NCBI RefSeq assembly: GCF_042096255.1
Contig: NZ_JBELLZ010000003.1
Span: 18,104 to 82,103, forward strand
Length of the DNA stretch: 64,000 nt
Reading direction: 5' to 3'
Origin: Sphingomonas sp.
GTDB taxonomy: Bacteria; Pseudomonadota; Alphaproteobacteria; Sphingomonadales; Sphingomonadaceae
A model generated the notes under the pieces. That model made no database searches. It had not been told where the DNA came from and worked only from the letters and a program-made list of their open reading frames with translations. Below, piece after piece: positions 59,098 through 64,000 of the stretch (positions within the stretch are counted from its first letter, which is position 1; each line of letters opens with the position of its first letter). A program made the position numbers and the translations under genes.

Positions 59098-59853
59098 TCA
59101 ACCGTCCGCCAGCAGCGCCTCGGTACGCGGGATCGCCTCGGGCGCGCCAATGTCGAACCACAGTCCCTGATGGACCAGCCCGAAGGCGCGGCCGGCGGCG
59201 ATCGCGCGATCCCAGAACAGGTTGGTCGAGAACGGCCCCTCCGGCCAGTCGGCGATCACCCGCGGCGACAGGATCTGCACGCCGGTATAGACGAACGGCG
59301 CCAGCCGCCCGCGCCGCCGCCGACCGGTGATCCGCCCGGCGCCGTCGAGGTGGAAATCGCCCTGCCCCTTGTGGTTGTGCGCGCGGGCGAGCGGCACGAG
59401 CAGCAGCAGCGCATCCATCGTCGCATCGTCCCAGCGCGCCGCCAGCAGCCGGATCGCGTCAGTGGGTCCGTCGATCCACAAATTGTCGGAGTTGACCACC
59501 AGGATCGGCGCGTCGCCCAGCAGGGCACGCGCCTGCACCAGCCCGCCGCCGGTCTCCATCAGCTCGGCACGCTCATCGGAGACCACCACCTCCAGCCCCT
59601 GGACGCGGTGGACGACATGCGCCTCCAGCGCGTCGGCGAGGTAATGGACGTTGACCACGGCACGCTCGACACCCGCAGCGCGCAGCCGGTCGAAGACATG
59701 GTCGATCAGCGGCTTGCCTGCCACCTGTACCAGCGGCTTGGGCCGGGTGGCGGTCAGCGGCCGCATGCGCTTGCCCAGCCCCGCCGCCATCACCATCGCG
59801 GTCTTCGGCACGGCAGCACCCGGATCGGGGCGGATGGCGGCGATCCGGCTCAT
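59098..59853 (-). CDS. murU: Nucleotidyltransferase (MurU-like, MurNAc-1-P uridylyltransferase)
   Basis: MAAGLGKRMRPLT...PKPL, ETGGG, NSD; adjacent to amgK-like gene. Confidence 0.85.
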   Translation of the reverse strand: MSRIAAIRPDPGAAVPKTAMVMAAGLGKRMRPLTATRPKPLVQVAGKPLIDHVFDRLRAAGVERAVVNVHYLADALEAHVVHRVQGLEVVVSDERAELMETGGGLVQARALLGDAPILVVNSDNLWIDGPTDAIRLLAARWDDATMDALLLLVPLARAHNHKGQGDFHLDGAGRITGRRRRGRLAPFVYTGVQILSPRVIADWPEGPFSTNLFWDRAIAAGRAFGLVHQGLWFDIGAPEAIPRTEALLADG

Positions 59854-60827
59854 GCCCGCGCCTCCGCCAGCAGCTTCGGGTCGCCACGCAGCTCGGGCGG
59901 CACGTTGGCGTCGAACCAGCGCGCGACCGGCGCCAGCACCGGCTGGGCGAGGTCACGCTCCAGATAGGCCCAGACCCGCGGACAGAGCGCCGGGTAGCGC
60001 GGCTTGCCGTCGCGTTTCCACAGCCGCGTGAAGATGCCTAGGATCTTGGCATTCCGCTGCGCGCCGAGCACGTGATAGGCCTTGAGGAACGCGTCGCCTT
60101 CGCCGGTCGCATGCATGTACCGCTCCAGCATTGCCGCCTCGACCGGCTCCTCCACATCGCGGCGCGCGTCCTGGAGCAGCGAAACCAGATCGTAGGCGGG
60201 ATGGCCAGCCAGCGCGTCCTGGAAGTCGAGCAGGCCCAAAGTCCGCGCCTCGCCCACCAGCATCAGGTTCTCGGCATGGTAATCGCGCAGCACGGTGACG
60301 GGCGTCTCCGGCAGCGCATGGTCGATCAGAGCGTCCCAGGCGGCGCCATAGCCCTCCAGGTCGGGCGCGATGCCGATCGCGGGGCAATACCATTCGACGA
60401 ACAGCCCCGCCTCGCGCTGGAGCTCGGCGCGGCCGTACGAACGCACATCGCATGCGGGCTCGCGGCGCAGCGCGACCAGCACGTCCACCGCCGCCTCGTA
60501 CAGCGCCATGGTCGCATCGGGATCGGCATCGATCGCCTCGCGCATGCGGGCGTCACCAAAATCCTCCAGCAGCACCAGCCCCTGCTCGACATCGGCGGCA
60601 TGGATGGCGGGCGCCGCAAAGCCACGCTCGCTCAGCCAGCGTGCGATCGAGACGAACGGCCGCGGATCCTCGTGCGGGGGCGGCGCATCCATCAGCACCG
60701 CCCGGCGCTCGCCCGAAACCACGCGGAAATAGCGGCGGAACGAGGCGTCGCCGGCGAGCGGCAGGATCGTCCCCCCGGCCCAGCCGTTGGCGGCAAGAAA
60801 GGCGGCGGCGCCCGCCGGCGGGGTCAT
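59850..60827 (-). CDS. amgK: Phosphotransferase family anomeric sugar kinase (AmgK-like)
   Basis: GDASFRRYFR, LLEDFG, VLRDYHAENL, LDFQDA, YDLVSLLQD. Confidence 0.85.
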   Translation of the reverse strand: MTPPAGAAAFLAANGWAGGTILPLAGDASFRRYFRVVSGERRAVLMDAPPPHEDPRPFVSIARWLSERGFAAPAIHAADVEQGLVLLEDFGDARMREAIDADPDATMALYEAAVDVLVALRREPACDVRSYGRAELQREAGLFVEWYCPAIGIAPDLEGYGAAWDALIDHALPETPVTVLRDYHAENLMLVGEARTLGLLDFQDALAGHPAYDLVSLLQDARRDVEEPVEAAMLERYMHATGEGDAFLKAYHVLGAQRNAKILGIFTRLWKRDGKPRYPALCPRVWAYLERDLAQPVLAPVARWFDANVPPELRGDPKLLAEARA

Positions 60828-61264
60828 GTCGGCCATCGCCGCTCCCATGCCGCCGGCCCCTGCCAAGTCAAGCGACGCCCGCCTTCCGGCAGCGCTTCAA
60901 GCGACAAATGGAGTGCATCGGGCCAGCGCCCGTCCCCGGCCCGCTCGGGCCACTCGACGAGCAGCACCGAGTCATAGCGCGCCTCGTCCAATCCGAGCTC
61001 CTCAAGCTCCGCGGGATCGTCGATCCGGTAGAGGTCGACATGCAGCACCGGCATGCGCACCTCGGGCGGCGCATAAGGCTGTACGATCGCGAATGACGGG
61101 CTCGGCGCCTCGCCGGCCAGGCCCAGCGCGGCGAGGAAGCCGCGCGCCAGGCTGGTCTTGCCCGCACCGAGATCGCCCGACAGCAGGATGACGTCACCGG
61201 CCGTCACCACGGCGGCGAGTCGCGCGCCCACCGCTTCGGTTGCGGCAAGGTCCGGCAGGATCAT
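60824..61264 (-). CDS. tsaE: tRNA threonylcarbamoyladenosine biosynthesis ATPase TsaE
   Basis: LSGDLGAGKT, SPSF, HVDLYRI, LVEWP. Confidence 0.96.
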   Translation of the reverse strand: MILPDLAATEAVGARLAAVVTAGDVILLSGDLGAGKTSLARGFLAALGLAGEAPSPSFAIVQPYAPPEVRMPVLHVDLYRIDDPAELEELGLDEARYDSVLLVEWPERAGDGRWPDALHLSLEALPEGGRRLTWQGPAAWERRWPT

Positions 61265-63606
61265 CGCCGCGGCAACTCCACCGTCACCAGCGTGCCCTGC
61301 CCCGGCTCGCTAACCAGCGCGATCGTCCCGTCATGCGCCTCGACGAACTGCCTCGCGAGCGGCAGGCCCAGCCCCAGCGCGCGCTCGCCCGCATTCGCCA
61401 CGCCCGACTGCGCGAACCGCTCGAACGCGAGCGCCGCCGTGTCGGCATCCATGCCCTGGCCGTTGTCGGAAACGACGATCCGCGCGCGGCGTGCATTGCC
61501 ATCGGTGTGCAGCAGCACGCGCCCGCCCTCCGGCGTCGAAGCGATGGCGTGGCGCAGCAGGTGCTGCACCGATTCCCGTATCCGCCGCCGATCACCAGCG
61601 ATACGGCCGGTGGAGCGGATCGTCTCAATCGCGAAGTCGATCCGCTTGCGCTTGGCGAGCGGGCGCAGTTCCTCCGCCGCCTCGCGAGCGACCAGCGCCA
61701 GGTCGAGGTCCTCGCGCTCCAGCGCGTCGCTGCCCTGCGTCAGATCGAGCACGTCGTCGATCAGCACGCCCAACCGCTCGACCGAGTCGAGGATCGCCGC
61801 GACATAACCGATCGCCGTCTCATCCAGCGGTCCGGCGTAGCCACCGTGCAGCATTTCGGCGAAGCCGCTGATCGAGGTGAGCGGGGTCCGCAGCTCGTAG
61901 CTCATGTTGGCGACGAACGCGGTCTTTACCCGGTCCGCTTCCTCCAGCGCGCCGGCGCGTTCGCGGAGCGCCTGTTCGATGCGGCGGCTGTCGGTGATGT
62001 CCAGCATGGTGAACAGCGCGTTGCCGTCTGGAAGGGGCACCGCGGCGAACTCGAAATGCCGCCCGTCTGCCAGCGCCACGCGCCCGCCGCGCTGCTGGCG
62101 CTCACCGGTGGCCGATCGGACCAGCTCGGCGATCAGCGCCGCCCGCTCGGGGGTGCGCAAGTGCGGTGCCACCTGCTCGGCGATCAGGTCGACGCGCGGA
62201 TGACCGTTGAGAAACTCCTCCTCGAAGCCCCAAAGATTGCGGAACCGGTTGTTCCACAGCTGGAGCCGACCATCGGCGGAGAAGACGCCCAGCGCCTCGA
62301 ACAGATTGTCGAAGGTCGCGGTGCGCACCCGCAGCAGGGTGTCCCGCGCGCTGGCGAGCTGCACCTGCTCGGTCCGGTCCTCGAACACCAGCAGCAGCCC
62401 GCCGTCGGGCAGCGGCTGTGCCAGCACCCGGATATGGACGCCGCCGGGAAGATGCCACGCCTCCTCGCGCGCCTCGTCGGCGGCGGTGAACCATTCGCGC
62501 CGCTCCGCCTTCCAGGCGGGAAAGTCGCGCACCTCGGGAAGGCGGCTGGTCTCGCGCATTCGCTCCAGCACTCGATCGAACTCCGGCCCGTCAGCCAGCC
62601 ACTCGCTGCGCAGGGCGAAGATGCGGCGGAACGGCTGGTTGGAGAACGAAAGGCTGCGATCCGGCCCGAACTGCGCAACGCCCGCGGACAGCCGGTCGAG
62701 CATCGCCCGCTGTGCGTCGGACAGGCGCTTCAGCTGGGCGCGGGCGTGCTCGGCATCCTCGATGTCGACCGCGAAGCCCGCGATCCCGCCCCCGGGCAGC
62801 GGCACGTCCACCACGCGCAGCATGCGTCGGGCGCCGCCGATCGTCGCCGGCACGCGCTGCTCATTGGGCTTGCCCGCGGCACGCGCGGCGGCGGCCCCGG
62901 CGAGCGGCCCGCCAGCCCCCGTCGCCTCTACCAGTTCGAGCCCGCGTGCCACCGCGTCCGCCGCATCGGCCGCCTCCACCGCGCGGACATAGGCGGTGTT
63001 GACCATGGTCAGCTTCAGGTCCGCGTCGCGATACCACATCGGCAGCGGCGCCGCCTCGATCAGCCCGGTGAGCGACTCGAACGCAGCCGCCAGGCGCATG
63101 CTCTCGCTCCGCAGGCGCGCGATCTCATTCTCGCTCTCGCTCGCGTCGAACGCCCAGACCAGCACGCCGCCGGGTGCCGACAGGTCTGCAGGTGCGCGCT
63201 CGCCGCGAAGCGCCAGCGCGCGCGACGATCCGTTCGGCCGCACCGCCAGTACGAATCCGCGGCCAGATCGCTGAACGGTCGCGATCTCGCGGTTGAGCGC
63301 CGCGACATCGTCCTCGGAGAGCCCTGTCGCGCTCCCGGCGAGTTCGGCAAGCATCCGCGCCGGCCGGTCGAGCCCCAGCCATGCGGCGAGCGTCTGCGGC
63401 ATCTCGACCCGACCGTCGCCCCGCACCAGCATCGCCAGCGCCGGCGACGCGGCGAGCATTGCCCTCAGCTGCTCCGCCTCGTCGATCGCGGCGGCGGCGG
63501 CGGCACGCTGGCGCAGGCCGATCGCCAGCATCACCGCCGCTCCGGCGACGAGCGCAAACAGCACCACCCCCGCCAGAACCGCGGCACCCGTGCCGATCGC
63601 GATCAT
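61261..63606 (-). CDS. divL: PAS-domain atypical histidine kinase DivL-like (Tyr at the phosphoacceptor position)
   Basis: FVANMSYELRTPLT H-box with Tyr; several PAS-like segments; degenerate ATP lid; ahcY-divL-tsaE order. Confidence 0.85.
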   Translation of the reverse strand: MIAIGTGAAVLAGVVLFALVAGAAVMLAIGLRQRAAAAAAIDEAEQLRAMLAASPALAMLVRGDGRVEMPQTLAAWLGLDRPARMLAELAGSATGLSEDDVAALNREIATVQRSGRGFVLAVRPNGSSRALALRGERAPADLSAPGGVLVWAFDASESENEIARLRSESMRLAAAFESLTGLIEAAPLPMWYRDADLKLTMVNTAYVRAVEAADAADAVARGLELVEATGAGGPLAGAAAARAAGKPNEQRVPATIGGARRMLRVVDVPLPGGGIAGFAVDIEDAEHARAQLKRLSDAQRAMLDRLSAGVAQFGPDRSLSFSNQPFRRIFALRSEWLADGPEFDRVLERMRETSRLPEVRDFPAWKAERREWFTAADEAREEAWHLPGGVHIRVLAQPLPDGGLLLVFEDRTEQVQLASARDTLLRVRTATFDNLFEALGVFSADGRLQLWNNRFRNLWGFEEEFLNGHPRVDLIAEQVAPHLRTPERAALIAELVRSATGERQQRGGRVALADGRHFEFAAVPLPDGNALFTMLDITDSRRIEQALRERAGALEEADRVKTAFVANMSYELRTPLTSISGFAEMLHGGYAGPLDETAIGYVAAILDSVERLGVLIDDVLDLTQGSDALEREDLDLALVAREAAEELRPLAKRKRIDFAIETIRSTGRIAGDRRRIRESVQHLLRHAIASTPEGGRVLLHTDGNARRARIVVSDNGQGMDADTAALAFERFAQSGVANAGERALGLGLPLARQFVEAHDGTIALVSEPGQGTLVTVELPRR

Positions 63607-63678
63607 CGCCCTCCACGCCTTCCCATCGGCGTGATCCTTACGGCGAAGTCTCCCGGGAGGGAAACTCCGTTCAGCCGA

Positions 63679-64000
63679 TCAATAGCGATAGTGATCGGGC
63701 TTGAACGGACCCGCGGTGGGCACGCCGATATAGGCCGCCTGCTTGTCGGAAAGCTTGCTGAGCTTCACGCCCAGCTTCTCCAGGTGCAGCGCCGCGACCT
63801 TCTCGTCGAGGTGCTTGGGCAGGACGTACACCTTGTTGTCGTACTCGCCGCCCTTGGTCCACAACTCGATCTGCGCCAGCGTCTGATTGGTGAAGGAGCT
63901 GCTCATCACGAACGAGGGGTGGCCGGTGGCGCAGCCCAGGTTCACCAGCCGGCCCTTGGCGAGGATGAGGATCTGCTTGCCGTCCGGGAACTTCACCAGG
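63679..64000 (-). CDS. ahcY: Adenosylhomocysteinase, 3' part (5' end outside window)
   Basis: [43 protein letters not shown]. Confidence 0.97.
   Translation of the reverse strand, partial: LVKFPDGKQILILAKGRLVNLGCATGHPSFVMSSSFTNQTLAQIELWTKGGEYDNKVYVLPKHLDEKVAALHLEKLGVKLSKLSDKQAAYIGVPTAGPFKPDHYRY

Noticed and set aside
61261-63606. His-to-Tyr change in the kinase H-box as a novelty
   Set aside because: This is the established hallmark of DivL

Overview
High-GC alphaproteobacterial chromosome segment. Gene content, gene order and repeat families point to a Sphingomonas-like sphingomonad (inference). The backbone is housekeeping: uvrD/pcrA, aspS, rnd, pit, rcdA, dksA, serS, nlpD-like M23, tyrS, recG-sdhE-mfd, moaA-NAD kinase, tRNA-Asn, secA, argJ and the ahcY-divL-tsaE-amgK-murU-addB-addA-trxA block. 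Accessory material sits between these genes. (1) Exopolysaccharide genes and a PEP-CTERM-like surface protein. (2) A DUF559 endonuclease gene enclosed by ~50-bp inverted repeats that recur elsewhere in the window as gene-less copies; two other REP-like families are also present. (3) A vapBC pair. (4) Four serralysin-like M10/RTX metalloproteases, three in tandem between secA and argJ, next to a frameshifted RTX gene. (5) Two small genes behind a dense cluster of Fur-type boxes. (6) An integrase-free islet after tRNA-Asn with a compact operon: membrane-anchored LuxR-type HTH, Cys-tailed helical protein, multi-TM protein, winged-helix protein, plus a divergent 51-aa protein. The best candidates for undescribed systems are the tRNA-Asn operon, the repeat-flanked DUF559 element, the Fur-box miniprotein locus and a signal-peptide uORF upstream of secA. 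All calls come from motif reading and recall of protein families; no database search was run. No CRISPR array, rRNA, integrase or prophage was seen.
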